Positions 36,998 to 51,209 of a stretch of 64,000 nucleotides of DNA are shown in pieces. How positions within the stretch are numbered: position 1 is the stretch's first letter; every line of letters begins with the position of its first letter. The stretch lies in contig CM060731.1 of assembly GCA_030704615.1 (NCBI GenBank), forward strand, positions 53,568,001 through 53,632,000, in the 5' to 3' direction. The notes beneath the pieces are model-generated. The model did no database searches and was not told where the DNA came from. It saw nothing but the letters and a program-made list of their open reading frames with translations. A program made the translations under genes and the position numbers. Source of the DNA: Takakia lepidozioides. Lineage: Eukaryota > Plantae > Bryophyta.

Positions 36998-38010
36998 CGC
37001 AACTTGTTTTCGAGCACGTACTTGCAGCCTTCGTGTCGATCCCGCTTGACCCTCGGACTACACTCCGAAAATCTAGCGTGCGCATCCAGTCGCAGTGCAG
37101 ACAGAGAGATGCAGAGCTGCAGAGCTAACCCAGGTACAATGCACAGGGACGACCGAGCTCATGAGCGATGGCGACCTAAGAGCGCAGAGCGTGCGCGTGG
37201 TTTTGTAGGCAGTTGCCGCGCCGGTCATGTGCACGTTCACACGACAGTGCACACGAGAACGACGACCTTGCCCTCCCTCGATCCACGTTTGCTCTTCGTG
37301 CAGTCCCGAGCTCAAACCCTCGCACTCGTCTGTCACTCTGAAACACGAGCTCTATTTTGTCTCCCTCTTGTAGTCTGTTGGCATGCAATGTTTGAGAAAC
37401 TCATTAAAAAAAAATCCCTACTTCCGTTGTGCACAACGTTTTCACGTCTTGTCGGTGAAGAAACTTGCAGCCAACAAAGTGTCAAAAGACGGTCGATTGA
37501 GGCACTCAATAAGTTTCGTAGATTACATCATCATACGTGACATGTACCTAACTATGTATTGTATTTTATTTTGACTGGTCCCATATCAGTTATAGTGAGA
37601 GGAGCCCACCCACCCACGGAGAAGAGGCTCTTAAGAGGCTCTTACCCTAACTTAGAGTTGGGTCATCTCTCTCCTGCCTGAAACAAGGAAATGAGCTCTT
37701 TCCAAGTAAGCTCGCCATGAGGCGCCAAGCACAATGGGACACTGCCCAAGGAAAATTGGAGAAGATTATACTACACTTAACAAGGTAGCAAGGTTTGAGG
37801 CCAGAATCAACCAACCTCTTATTGGGATGATGTGTTTCTCTTTGATTTTTTTCCTTTTGGAGCTTGGCTCCTAGAGGAGGGATGCACACGTGTTTCTCCT
37901 CATGTATCTTCTCCAATTATTACTTATGGATGAAGAGGAGGCTTTTCCCAATAATATCGGCCTGCAGTAGAGAGCTCCTGCATATATTCAAAATTTCATC
38001 CATCTATTCA

Positions 38011-38358
38011 GGCCACTTTACACTAGGGCCCAAGCCCAAGAAATCCTGGGCCCAATTTCTACCACTCTTTGGGCTGGTCTTGGGCCAACTGATCAAACAA
38101 AAGTATTCTATTTTAATACCAAACTTCTTGGGCTGGAGAGGGGAGAGGTGGGTCTCCACTCCACGAGGAGTCCTTTTTCTGTGGCTGGCCCAAGAAGTTG
38201 GTGCCAAAACTTGTGCCATGTAGACAAATGACCCACTCCCATTCTCTTGGGCTCGGGCCCTAGTGTGAAGCCGTTGGACATCAGGCCTCCGCGCCTCCGC
38301 CAATGGGAACGCTCCATTCTCACTTGGTCTTGGGCCTGGGCCCTAGTGTAAAGCGGCC
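38011..38358. mobile_element. MITE (Tourist/Harbinger-like)
   Basis: ~31-bp TIRs GGCCACTTTACACTAGGGCCCAAGCCCAAGA / TCTTGGGCCTGGGCCCTAGTGTAAAGCGGCC; an extra internal TIR copy at about 38245-38275. Confidence 0.8.
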
Positions 38359-38607
38359 CTTATTATTATTATTTTATTCCATTTGGTGAGTACGAGAGTT
38401 GGGATGGTACTAGAAATTGCATGTCCAAAATTCCAAAACAAATTGCATTTTTTGCATTTTTTGCCGAATTCAAAATTCCGAAATTCCTATCATAGAAATG
38501 CATGTCCAAATTGCATGTCCAAATTGAGAACCAGTTACAAGCTGGGATCTGACTTAAATGTAGAGCTAATATTTATAGAATTGTCAAGTGGATAACATGT
38601 TTTTCTG

Positions 38608-38801
38608 TTTTTTTTTTTTTTCTTAAAAGGAAACCTGGGAGCGACAGCCCACAATTCAGGCCCTTGAGGAGGGGAAAAATTAACCCCCTTTCATTTATGG
38701 GCCATGAGACCTACAGGACGACACGAACAATCCCACACAGAGGGCAGGGCAGTGGGTTTGAACCCTGAACCACCAGGGCGACACACTGTGCACTTACCAG
38801 C
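38608..38801 (-). mobile_element. tRNA-derived SINE
   Basis: Minus strand GCTGGTAAG (partial A box), GGTTCAAACCC (B box), 3' poly(A) tail. Confidence 0.65.
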
Positions 38802-38959
38802 TTTTTTTTTCAGAAAGGGGAGATAACAAGTAACCCTTGAGAGCTTTATTTATGATTATGTTTTCTTTTTCCCTTACATTTGGCAAAATAATCACATTTT
38901 ACATATGAAGGAGAAAAAACAAGCGGTTGGTCACGTAATGGCTCCTCCTACTTGTTGAT

Positions 38960-39110
38960 GAGATGTTGGTAGTAAGGAATATATTTACATAATTTTAAAG
39001 CAATAAGGACATGTTTATTTCCGTCCAGTATGGTTTTGATGCTAATATTACATATGCAATGTTGGTGGGGTGCATTTGTCCAAATGTGATCTAATTGTGA
39101 GTTGGAGTTG
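38960..39110 (-). mobile_element. Fragment of a Helitron-associated AP-endonuclease C-terminus
   Basis: SQLDHIWTNAPHQHC..LIALKL matches FQLDHIWINSPTQHC..IYLALKI at about 42890-43000. Confidence 0.6.
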
Positions 39111-40864
39111 CATTTGAACAGAAGAAGAAAAAAAAAACATGAATATATATATATATATTCGTGTCTATACTTACATATATATGATATATGTCTAGGCATG
39201 TCTATATATCTACATATCAATCTCATAATATTACTGTTGGATAGAATAAAGCTAACAATAGGTTTGTTTTGTTTGTTTGAGTAATAGGTTGTAGTGGAGG
39301 AGTTTATTGTTTATTAGTCACATTTATAGACTACAACAATACTAATTTATTTCTCTATATTCAAACTCTATCTAAATTTTGATCATAATATTGATGAATC
39401 ATAAATATATCTCTACAATAAATAAAACAAATCAATCAATAATACCTGGTAAATTATTTTTAAAAAATAGAAAATATAATTTTGCAATCTTAAACGAAGG
39501 TCAAGGAGCACCTCAATTTCTGGTTCTAGTTGGGGTAGTGTTGGCTCTGTCAGTTACTAGTGATCCGCTCCTTATGTGGTTCTGTTTTGTGAGCTTCCAT
39601 CTCACTGAACTGGCTCAGTAACGTAGGCTTGTTCTCATCGCTTAGTGTCACATTCGCTTTGGAGTCCCTTTGCCTTGGATTGTAGTGAAGTAGTTTCCCA
39701 TCGATCTCATGTGCTTTTGTGCCTCAACTAGATAGCCGATCTTTTTGCTCCCTCATAGTTTTTGGGATCTTGTTAATCTCTGCCGGTCTTGCTATGGCTT
39801 TGGATTGTTTGCTCTTCCACATTGTATCGCCCATATGGCTTTTTGCACAAGGTTAGTGTTTCCCTGTTCCACCTAATTTAATCGAAAGCGCTCCGCTCGG
39901 CCATTCTTTAATTTTCTTTCCCAAAACAAAACCTAATGGATATAAAACAATAGAAAATTTTATGTAGCCTGCATGGCCCCCTCTGGTGGTTATTTTTTCC
40001 ATCAACTGTGACACCTTTTATTGAATTTGACTTAAAGGGCCACTGTCCCCTTCTCTTTATAAATTTGTTTAAAAAAAATAAAAATCGGAAGGGACCTCTG
40101 AGATCTGAAAAAAAAAAACTTGTAACAAAAATATCTTTCAACCAAAAAATGCTAAAGGTAACCAACTCACACAAGAGAGAAAGAAAAATAAAATAAAAGT
40201 TAAGCTTAAAATTGAGTATACGACAAATATATAATACTACGATGATGATGAGAAACTATATACTATATTATCAAAATTAATAATAATACGATACAAATAA
40301 TTGAGGGAATTTGATAGAGGGAGTTGCGTTCAATACAGGTTTTATCTGGGAAAGTTATAAGAGGGACCTAGTACATCTTTGGGGAGTCTCCACTATAGGG
40401 AGGAGCCAAACCGATGAATTGGGCATTTATGTACCACTATGTTAGAGTATGTGAGAATAATGAGGAATCGGGCCGCCAAGAGTTCAAGAGACAAAAGCAG
40501 GTTCACCATTATCAACCTAAGACCCATTGCAAAGTACCCACGCGTCAAAAAGCCAGATGAGTAACAAGCCTAGTGGCCCCACTGGCAACAAACCACCCAA
40601 GTACGCTCCATATTATTAGCAGCGCCATTCGTCAAGCCTCCGCCAGAATAAGTATTTTTTTCAAAAAAATATTTGGCTTTATTGGCTTTGCCTTTCTAAG
40701 GCACCGACACTTCCGATTAAGTACCGAATTAGATCAAGACAGGTGGAATGGGAATATTCTGTCCAGATTTGTAATGAATGAAATTTCCTGGATGAATAGT
40801 TTCATGCATCTGTGACTGGTTTTGCTGAGTAGGTTGTTGACATCCATTATGTCTTTCATACATC

Positions 40865-41358
40865 AAACGACATCCAAGATGGTTTAGTAGATAGAGCTAA
40901 AATGATTTTCAAATACAGCACAACTTCATCACCGCAGCTACTAATTTGGATATTTTTTCTAGTGAATGAATATGACATGAAACACGAGTTCTTTATTCAG
41001 ACGTATATCCAAACAACAACGATATATTCAAATCTTGGACTCCAATTGGAGCCACAACTAAAGAAATTCAATTCACCCTAACCATGTAATAATAACTCGT
41101 ACTCAGTTCCCAATTTAGCTTGCAACAGCACGCGTTCTACACAGAGCACACAGGGATTGACCATGGATAATCTCAAATTTAACCCAACAAACGTGAACAG
41201 CCACATATTGACATCCACAACTTTATCATGCATAAAGGAACGACAAAATTTATATTTCTTAGCTCCATTACAAGACAAAGAATTCCATGTGGATGATATA
41301 TAGGCCCAACCCCAAAAAGGGGCAGTAGCCGCAAGGTGAAGTGACGCTTAGTTACGCC

Positions 41359-41397
<39 letters not shown>

Positions 41398-43036
41398 GAA
41401 TCCATTCAAGTGGGGGTGCTTAAGGAGTGTATGTCAGCATGCTCCAAAACAGCCAATGTGGCTGTTCGGGGTGAGTTTGGCATTCCCCGACGAGATGAAT
41501 TCAAGGTCAGATGGTGGGGTCAGCTGCAACATATGCCCAACACCAGATATCCTAAATTAATCGACTCTATATCTTGGAAACAGGACCGCCCTGTCAAATA
41601 GGCTAAGTCCTGGCAGAAGAGAGTAGAAGAGATCCTCAAGGACCTAGACCTGGATCCGCAAATCTTGACCCTGCTGGATAAATCTGACTTAGAGGCTGTA
41701 GTGTCCTCAGCCATGTCTGTTGCCATGAGATTGTCTGATGAAAATGAAGTTAGGCAGAAAACTTCCCTGAACTTGTTTCCAGTCTGTGACATGGGGGAGG
41801 ACATCTTGGATGACCTCAAGGGTCTACCCACTCTCGGCACTAGACTGAAATTTAAACTCAGGGCAGGAAGCCTACCTTTGAACAACAAACAGAAGCAGAG
41901 AGGAAAGGGAGAGTGCAATTGCCCGTTGTGTGGGCAATCTGAAGACAGTATTCATTTTCTGATACACTGTCCGGGGTTCTCTCACCAAAGAGACGCTCTC
42001 TTCAAATCTATTAAGGGAATTGTGCCTGTACCCCTGTTTACCAACTTTGAAAGTCTCAAGGCTGAGCCAAAAGCCCAGGCCCTCCTGAGGCCTAGTTTTT
42101 GGGCAAATCACACACAGCAGATTGATGCTTGTGTGAAGGGATTTCTAGAGGATATCTGGAAAACCCGGATTAATTCTTTATATGGAGGTAAGTCTTACTA
42201 CCAACGTCAGCCCCTGACAGAGGTAGGTTCTGTCCCTTTTGTTCCCGCTCAAACTGGGCGCGGGGTCAATGGCCACAAGGCTACGGCAAACAACGTCTTA
42301 TGAGTACAATCTCTCTCTCTCTCTATGATATCATACGTGCAAGAATAAACAACTGCTAGATGGAAACTATCCACACCAAATTTGCAACTATTATATTGCA
42401 CATATATAATCATTCAATTGTTAAATGTTCATTCAAGGCACAGTCACTACAACCTACAAACATATCATATATTATGTTTAAATGAAACCCGTTTGCATTC
42501 AAATCATCATTATTTGTACCTAACGATCATTTATAAAGACTATCATGTTACGATGGACACGAAACAACCACTCTACATAATAAAAATATCTTGCTTCAAA
42601 ATTACGAAATCCAAAATGCACAACGGCCCAAAATTCATTGCCGCATCTTTCAATCCAAATTCCCGCAGAGCCATACATGTCATTGCAATATGTAAACCTC
42701 TTTTGCTTTCTTTTCACAATATTTTACAAAATTTATATATTCAAACAACCGAAAATTATCCAACAATTTTTATTCGAGATTTTAATATCAATTTTCACAA
42801 AACCCAATAGAAAATATGACTTGTTTCACTCGTTCATAAGAAACTGCAATTTTCATCTTACATTCAATGAACCTACGACAGATAATGATTTTCAATTAGA
42901 TCATATATGGATTAATTCACCTACGCAACATTGTTTGTCTAGAACATTTAAAGAAGCATATTGGACCGACCAGAAACTCATTTACTTAGCATTGAAAATT
43001 CCAGATTGTGTCAATCATTTTACAACCGATTTGTAA
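40865..43036 (+). mobile_element. Decayed Helitron/Helentron 3' coding region: PIF1-like helicase C-terminus plus AP-like endonuclease, interrupted at 41300-42324
   Basis: ITRTQFPI*LATARVLHRA/QGLTM helicase motifs; ILCLNETR, FIRDFNIN, LDHIW and YWTDQKLI endonuclease motifs. Confidence 0.75.
41397..42310 (+). mobile_element. 5'-truncated non-LTR retrotransposon (post-RT region with CCHC finger) flanked by (CT)n on both sides
   Basis: AVRGEFG..RWWGQL..RYPK, FKLRAGSLPL, CPLCGQSEDSIHFLIHC; (CT)n at 41361-41396 and 42310-42324. Confidence 0.8.
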
Positions 43037-43140
43037 CTACAATCCGGCAGGGCTTGCATGTATTCGATGCATTTGGTGTACATAAAACTTTTTTGTATAG
43101 GCTCTTCTACTTAGTTTTCCAGATCTGAAGAGCTTGGTAA

Positions 43141-43690
43141 GAGAACAAAGTCTTCTTGGTCATCCAGAAGTTCTCTATGGGCCATCTTTTTGGGTTTCAG
43201 GATTGCAACGTGAGTACCATCAATGGCTCCTTGTACATTGGGTAATCCACACCACCTTAAGCACTTGACAGACAGTGCTTTTGCCTATAGCAACTTAGAG
43301 CACACTAGAAAATTGGCACCATAAGCTAATTTATATATGGAGCAAGCGACCCTGACCTCAACTGGAACTGCCTTTTGATACCTAGTGTCTTTCTTTATAA
43401 TCAATCATGGCGTCACTTTGTCTGCTATTGAGAACAAAGTCTTCGTGGTCATCTTGAAGTTCTCTATGGGCCATCTATCATCCTCATATTCAGTCATGAG
43501 GAATTTTGAAAACCATGTGGTTGATCTAGGTTTAACCCAATAGCCCAATTCAGGACTCAAAATGCTTGTAGCAGCTGACAAACGATAGTCATGCAAGGCA
43601 ATAGCAATTAACGTACATTGGCTATTCGTGGTATTATCCAAAGTAGATGTCAGATAATTCTCGAAATTCAAGAAAGGGTAGCACATTGTG
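43141..43690 (-). mobile_element. PIF/Harbinger transposase fragment (N-terminal part, decayed)
   Basis: YWVKPRSTTWF..ENFKMT..DTRYQKAVPVEVRVACSIYKLA..GAIDGTH. Confidence 0.85.
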
Positions 43691-44358
43691 CATCAAAGAC
43701 TTCTTGAACCAGCTCTATGATGATCAAGATGCAAAGCATCATGACTGCATCTAGCTCTTAGTGCGGAAGAGAACTAAAGTGGAAGAGATTAGATAAATCG
43801 GAAGAGAAGTTTAAGCAACTACAATAATGAAGTAATGGAATGCGTTGCAAAGAAGATGTGATGAACTTAAAACAATATCCGCGACACTGATCATCAAAGC
43901 AGTCTTGGACACTCAACAGGAGCAAGAACCTCTACTAGATTATCGCAAAAATACAGAAAAGTTGAGCACCAAGGTGATGAAACATGACCAAGAATTCAGC
44001 GCAAGAACACAAACACCGCCACAAGAATGTAGACGCGAGACACTCGCGAGATGAGACACTTGATTGAAGTTAACAGGTGCATCATATTTGAATGCTCATG
44101 ATGGCTGATGGTGAACTTTTGGAGTATGGTATGTATCGTCGCCTAGTGTGAACAAGATAGGTGGGGATAGCTAACATACACTTCAATGGTAGAGCTAGTC
44201 TTGCACGTGGTATAATCTAGTGCTGGCTCAGTGTTAGGTACCCTGCCACTGGTTTGCCCTAACATCAGGTGTGAATATACTTTATATGTACTCCAAACAT
44301 TTACACTTGATAACATTACAAATTCTCACTAGTAAAGATGTTTTCTAACAGCAGAATA

Positions 44359-45070
44359 TCAATAGCAGACAAAGTGACGCCATGATTGATTATAAAGAAA
44401 GACACTAGGTATCGAAAGGCAGTTCCAGTTGAGGTCAGGGTCGCCTGCTCCATATATAAATTAGCTTATGGTGCCAATTTTCTAGTGTGCTCTGAGCTCT
44501 TTGCTATAGGCAAAAGCACTGTCTGTCAAGTGCTGAAGGTGGTGTGGATTACCCAATGTACAAGGAGCCATTGATGGTACTCACATTGCAATCCTGAAAC
44601 CCAAAAAGTATCTTGAGGACTATTATTATTTTAAGACATGAGGTTATTCTATCGTGGCCCAAGCAGTTGTAGATTGTAACAAAAAATTCACCAGCGTCTT
44701 TGTGGGTTTGCGTGGCTCAATGAATGACTGCCGAGTGTTGAGGAGGTCAACTTTGTACATGAAGGTATAATATCCAAATTTGTTTAGCATGGACAAGGGA
44801 ATAGTGAATGGCATTCCACCATCAGTCCTTGGAGATAAGTGCTACCCCCTTATCTCATGGATTATGACCCCATTTAAAGAAGGGGGCCGACATACTGTGC
44901 TTGAGATATTATATAACCGAAAACACAAGCCGTGGTCGCAGTGTGTAGAGAACTCGTTTGGAATAATCAAGAAAACATTCAGGGAACTACTTGGAACATC
45001 AGAATTACAAGTGACATTTATTCCTGATGTGTTCGTTTGACATGCCTGTATCCTACATAACCTATTGAGA
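44359..45070 (+). mobile_element. PIF/Harbinger transposase fragment (DDE core, decayed)
   Basis: GAIDGTH, QAVVD, GSMND, LGDKCYP, VENSFG and CILHNL motifs, with stops and frameshifts. Confidence 0.88.
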
Positions 45071-45271
45071 TCACAGGGAGAATCTCACATGGAGATACTC
45101 ATGCGAATCATTCATATGGAGGCAGGAAGATTGCCATTGGAAGTAGAACATGTGAATGCAGTGGATATTGAAACAACTGTTGACCTCTGCTGTAAGACCT
45201 TGTGGTTTATAGACTTGATCCATGTCGCCCATGAGATCCCTGACATGAGGAGGGTGAAATATTGGCCTAGC

Positions 45272-48200
45272 TGTCGCGCACCTCACTTCGGTAAGTTCCC
45301 CTTCAAGTCATAGTTACTTGCGCGCGCCTAACTCCCAACCTGGCCGTCGGGCCAACTTGGAGCTTCGGCTGCTCACCGAAACATAACGGTCCCCCTTTAC
45401 TCTTCCACTAGACCCTCCACCAATTTGGACCTAGTGGAAATTCCCTTTGGTAGATGGCAGTCCGGAATAGCTCCCCACTCCTTGGTCGCTTTCCGGCTCG
45501 CTCGCTTACTCACTAGTTTTTGGTCACCAACGGGCTTGCACCGTTCTCGGGATTACTACTCCCTATATATACTTCTGTGACTGTCCACAGGGGTTTCACA
45601 AACAACCATGCCATTTAATGGCGAACCACCACGAAGACCCTCGATTCCCGGTGATGAGTCGCGGTGAGTCTTGGCCCACCCACCACGGCCCCATTGGACT
45701 GTGATGAGTCCCAAGACTCCCCACGACTCCCACCACAAGGTCTCCGCCCCATGGTGAGTCCTATGCCACCCCTACTAAGTCCTACTAAGCTACCACCACC
45801 CCTTGTGGAGCCACCCCCACCGCAACCCGGTGTGCGGGGCTCCACCTAGTGAGCGCCTCCGCCTCCTTGAGTGCCTTGGGCACTCAAGGGTGCTTCAGCC
45901 CCCCGTACCTATCGCTGCCACTGCCCCCACCACAGGGGCAGCCCCCCCTGCGTCCCGACCCCCTGCCCTCAAGGCAAAGGGCTGCGACACACACCCCTAC
46001 CAATAGGGAGTCGATGTCCTCATCGACTTGTCCATTTTGTAGAAACGAACATCCAAGTTGTGGCGTCCCACATCAAGGAGTTTGTTTCCATACCATGGCG
46101 TCCCATGACAAAGAACCAAACCCCACACTTGACTCTACTCTCCACTGGCTAGTTCGGCCGATTTCCTCTAAGTCTCGGCCAAGGGTGGAGCCTCTCAAGC
46201 TCCTCCCAGTGCACTCTTCTTGGCTTACTTCAAGGCCAAGGAACGATCCTCCCCGAGGATCGAATCGCCTTACTGCAACAACATTGCTTGCGACCGCTTA
46301 TGATGCCGCTTTTGGCATGACCTTGAGCAAGGGTTCACCATGAACCCTTTTTGACTAGGAAGATAACCTTGGACTAACCATGCGCCCCAATCACTACAAT
46401 TGGGTCCGCCTTGGAATGTTGGCCTGAGGTACGGGAACACGCCGAAGCCGCACTACGACTTCGTCCCGAGGTTACACGATTATAGTACGTGAACGGAAGC
46501 ACGTAGCTTCCGCGTTAGCCCGCAACCCCCTCGGTAGCGCAGTTATAGTACGCGCACGCGCCACGTGCGCACTAGCACGTGAACTCCTAAGGAAGGCGCA
46601 AGTTTCCTTGCCCCTTGGATGGGAGTCACCCGATTTCGGCACTACGCAAACACACGATTAATCCAATTTACCTCTCCCACTTTTATACGCTAGCATGCAT
46701 TCTACACACTAGCCAACCATACCATGCATCACCATTCCAAACAAAATAGGAAGCACAACATTTGGAAACCATTTCATTTATAACAAAATTTGTACAATAC
46801 AAGTTTTTGCAATCGGATTCATGAGTTAGCTAAGCCGGGCTAAGCATGCATTTCCTCCCCCACGATCCAAGGTTGATGTCCCCACAACTGCAACCGCCTC
46901 GGATGCGTTTCCTATTTCTGAGACACGCACCCAAGATGCCTCCACATGATGATAGCCCTTCCATTTCACGAGATACTCCGTTTCTCGATTCTTGAACCTC
47001 CTCGACTTAAGCACTGCCTCCACCTCGTACTCAGGTTCATTTTCATGATCCAACAGCATAGGTGACGGACACAACACTTGATGCCGATTCGGACACGCTT
47101 CATCTTTGAAGTAAGGCTTCAAAAGGGAAACGTGGAATACCGGATGCACCTTGCTGTTTGCTGGCAGCTCCAATTCATACACATCCTCATGCATAACTTT
47201 CCGGATGCGAAAGGGTCCCGCATACGGAGGTACGAACTTCGGACTCACTTCCGGAGGTAGTCGGAAATTCTTGATGTTCAACCAGACCTCCGTGTCTGCC
47301 TCAAACTTAACTTCCCTCCGCTTCCGATTCGCCTGCCGTTCATACCGTTTCCTAACTTTGGCAATGTTGTACTTTGCGAGCTTCAACAAACGCTCGCGTT
47401 CTTTCAGCACCGCTGCTGCTGTCGGTTCCTTAACGTCTTGGGCGGCCCAACTTGACGGCATCAGAGGTGCTTTTCCATAGACCAATACGAAAGGGGAAAC
47501 TCCCATTGCGGAGTGTTTATTATAACAGAATTCTACCGCATCCAAGTGCTCCACCTAGTCCAATTGGTCTACCGACACGTAATTCCGCGAGATATGCTTC
47601 ACCACGGAATTCACCCTTTCCGTTTGGCCGTTCGTCGTAGGTCGGAATGCGGTGCTCATCTTGAGCCTCGTCCCTATTTTCTTTCAAAGTGCCCTCCAAA
47701 ATTTATTTATAAACTTTGGATCGCGGTTCGAGACAATATCCTTCGGGAGTCCATGATGCTTGAAGACATGGGCAAAGTAAAGTCGCCCCGTCTCATGCGC
47801 CGTTGCCGTCTCCTTGGTGGGGATGAAATGGCCCATTTTACTGAACCTATCCACCACCACCATGATCGCATCGAATCCTTTTGACAGCGGCATAGCAGTC
47901 ATGAAATCCATCGAGACACTTTCCCAAGACCCCTCTGGAATCGGCAAGGGTTGTAACAGCCCCGCTTGCTTTTTGTACTCGCTCCGGTTTTGTTGGCATG
48001 TGGTGCATGTCTTGACATACTCCTCGGCCTCCTCCCTCAGTTTGGGGCATAAATACTCTTTCTTCAAGAGTGCCGCGGTGCGCTTGGCTCCGCCGTGGCC
48101 CGCAAGCGGGCCATCATGGCATTCTCTCAAGAGACTATCTTTGATCCCTCCCTTCGCAACGTAGAGACGCTTTTGCTTATACCGGAGCAGTCCATTTTGC

Positions 48201-51200
48201 AAGTGGAACTCCGATTTAACCCCAATCCTCAAGTCCCGCATCACGGACTTCGCCCTCTTATCCTTCCGGTAAGCCTTCCGGATCTTCCTTTGGAGCGCCG
48301 TCTCGCCCCTGTACACCAACATGAGCTACTGCTTTCTACTTAAAGCATCGACCATCACACCGTCCCGTCCCGGTTTGTACTGGATATCCACGTCGAACAC
48401 CGCCAAAGTATCTTGCCACCTAAGTTGTTTTGGGGACAACTTAGGCTGCATAGCAAAATATTCACCGTGACATTATCCGTGAACACCTTCACCGGGTTGG
48501 AACCAACATAGTGGCGCCAAAGCTCAAGGCAATGCACCATCGCCTTCATTTCCTTCTCATGCGTAGGCCATCGTCGCTCCACTTCATTCAGTTTCTTACT
48601 TTCGTAAGCCACTGGACGTCCATCCTGCATGAGTACATCCTTTATTGTGAAGTCCGACGTATCCGTATGAATCTCAAATGGACGGTCGAACTCCGGGATT
48701 TTGAGGACTGGAGCTTCCGCCATCCGCTGCTTCAACTCGGCAAAAACTTGGCCACAAAAGGTGTTCCATACCCAGACTTTGGATTTACACAGAAGGTCTG
48801 ATAGCGGCCCCGCGATCTTGGCGAAATTTCTCACATACTTCCGGTAATAGGAGGCGAGTCCTAGGAAGGATCGCACTCCTAGGACCGAAGTCGGAGGCTC
48901 CCAGTCCAAGATCGCCCTCACCTTTCTGTCATCCATTTTGATCCCATCCTGTGTAATCACATGCCCCAGGAACTCCACTTTTGTGACCCCGAATTCGCAC
49001 TTTGAAGCTTTGGCATACAGCTTCCTTTCTCGCAATTTCTGGAACACCCTTTCGAGGTGCTCCAGGTGCTCTTCCTTTGTTTTCGAGTACACCAGTATGT
49101 CGTCGATGTATACGATCACTAAGTCATCCAACCACTCCTGGAAAAGGTTGTTCATTAGCGTGCTAAAGGTCGCAGGTGCGTTGAGCCCAAAAGGCATTAC
49201 CTAGAACTCATACGAACCATATCTTGTTATGCACGCGGTCTTCTCCTCATCTCCTTCTTCCACTCGGATCTGATGATACCCGGAGCGCAAATCGATCCGG
49301 CTGAAATACTTTGCTCCTGACAACCGATCGAAGAGGTCGTCGATCCTTGGCAGAGGGTACCGGTTCTTGATAGTCACCTTATTCAGGGCCATGTAATCGA
49401 CACACATCCGCAGCGTCCCATCCTTCTTGTCTGCGAATAGCACCGGGGTTCCGTAAGGTGACTTACTCGGCCGGTTGTACCCCCTTTGACATTAGATCCT
49501 TGAGCTGAGTCTTCAGCTCGACCAACTCTCTGTGGCTCAACCGGTAGGGCGCCTTGGCAGGCGGTTCCGATCTCGGTATCACCTCAAGCTTGTGGTCAAC
49601 TCCCCTTCGCGGTGGCAAGCCGCTTGGTAAATCCTCCGGCATCACATCCTGGTATTTCTCCAAGATCCCCTTAATCCAATCTGGGCTCGGCTCCCCATCG
49701 CCTTCTCCTTTCACTTGTCTTACGTAAAGCAAAAACTGGGGCTCGTGTGACTCCTCCACGGCCCACTCCCTTGCTAACAGAAGGTTTATTCGCCCTCCCA
49801 CAGGTTTGGGCGTTTCCGACACTCGTAAAACTTCGCCACCATTCCCACACGGCAGCGTGACTACTCTCTTGCGGCCATCTATGACCGCTCCGGATTTGCT
49901 CAAAAAGTTCATCCCCAAAATGAGATCCACTCCATCGATCTCGCAAATGGTGAAGTTCTCACGTCCCTCCCAACTCCCCAGTTGAAGAGGAACATCGAAC
50001 GCCAACCTCGTCGCCAATTGTGGTTCTCCTTTGGCAGAACGCACCTCAATAAAGGCCCCCACGTCACTTGTCAGGAGCCCCAGCTTTCGTGTCGTTGCCG
50101 GTGTCATGAAGGAGTGCAACGTTCCTGTGTCCACCAACAACGACACGTTAGTTCCGGGAATTATCCCATCCACGAACAATAATTGACTTCCTTTACGTAG
50201 GGCGCCAGTTTCCTAAGAGTAGTTACCTACCTTGCAAGTCTTGGCGACCACCGCTTCCACCAAGCGGCTGATGGACTCTTCCGACAGCTCTGTGGTCGCC
50301 CGAGTCATGTTCAATTGTCGGGGCTTTGCGCACTTCTTAGTCATGTGTCCGGGCTCCCCGCAATTAAAGCACACTCCATCAAAGGTCGCATTTTGTCCGC
50401 CATAAGGCGTCGCACCTGATTTTTCTTTCGGAGCACCGGATATCGTCTTGGCGCGTGAAGGCCCTCCCTTCGATTTCCACCTTGTCTTTTGCCCCTAGGG
50501 ACATCCGAGAAGCATTCATCCCTCTCAATTGCCTCGTTCAAAGTCTTAGGTGGCTTCTCCTCCAACTTCCGTCTGGCCCATGGGGCCAGTCCTGCCACAA
50601 AGTTGAAGACCATTTATGGTTCTGCCATATCCGCGACTTCGAGCAACAGCACATTGAAACCCTGAACATATCCCCGAATGTCATCTATTTGCTTCAAATT
50701 CCTCATCTTATCCCGGGCGAGCTAGGACGCGTTGAGGGGCACAAACTGTCTCTTCATCAGTTCCTTGAACCCAATCCAGTTCAAGGTTTCCGGGTTTGGA
50801 CCTCGGTCATGAAGGCGTTTCTGCCACCATTGTTGAGCATAGCCCCTCAAATAGGTGGGAGCCACTTCCACCCGATCCTCGTCACTCAACTTGGCCGCCC
50901 GGAAGTACTGCTCTAGCTCCAAGAGCCAGGTATTGAGTGCCTTCCGATTTCAGACGCCCTCGAAGGTGCCGGGTTCCTTAGGCTTCACCTTAAACTTTGC
51001 CTTAGTGGAAGTGGCATTAGCCGCCTTCAACACGTCTTTCAACGTCCCGCCAACTGCGCCAATAACCATTCCCAAAATGTTGCTGGCATGGGAGGCATAT
51101 GTTGGTTTGTCGGGGCTCTCAGGGATTCCTCGGGCTTCGACTCCTTAGATTCCTCCCGTTCTTGAGCGGCCTCGCTTTCAAAAGCATGCATCGCTTCCTC

Positions 51201-51209
51201 AAATGGCCG
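45272..51209 (-). mobile_element. Ty3/gypsy chromovirus (Tcn1-like), copy 2: gag (CCHC), protease, RT, RNase H, integrase, chromodomain and 3' LTR 45272-46850; gag interrupted by element B
   Basis: CFNCGEPGHMTKKC, LLVDTG, YIDDIL, HTDTSD, HHCC/SMDF and chromodomain. Highly similar to 8722-13502 in inverted orientation but with different flanks. Confidence 0.93.

Noticed and set aside
36548-37540. 330-aa plus-strand ORF and other ORFs overlapping RHM
   Set aside because: Antisense shadow frames of the RHM coding exon, with no recognisable motifs.
37647-37916. Possible L1 zinc-finger (zf-RVT) remnant upstream of RHM
   Set aside because: The Cys/His spacing is too degenerate to support a call.
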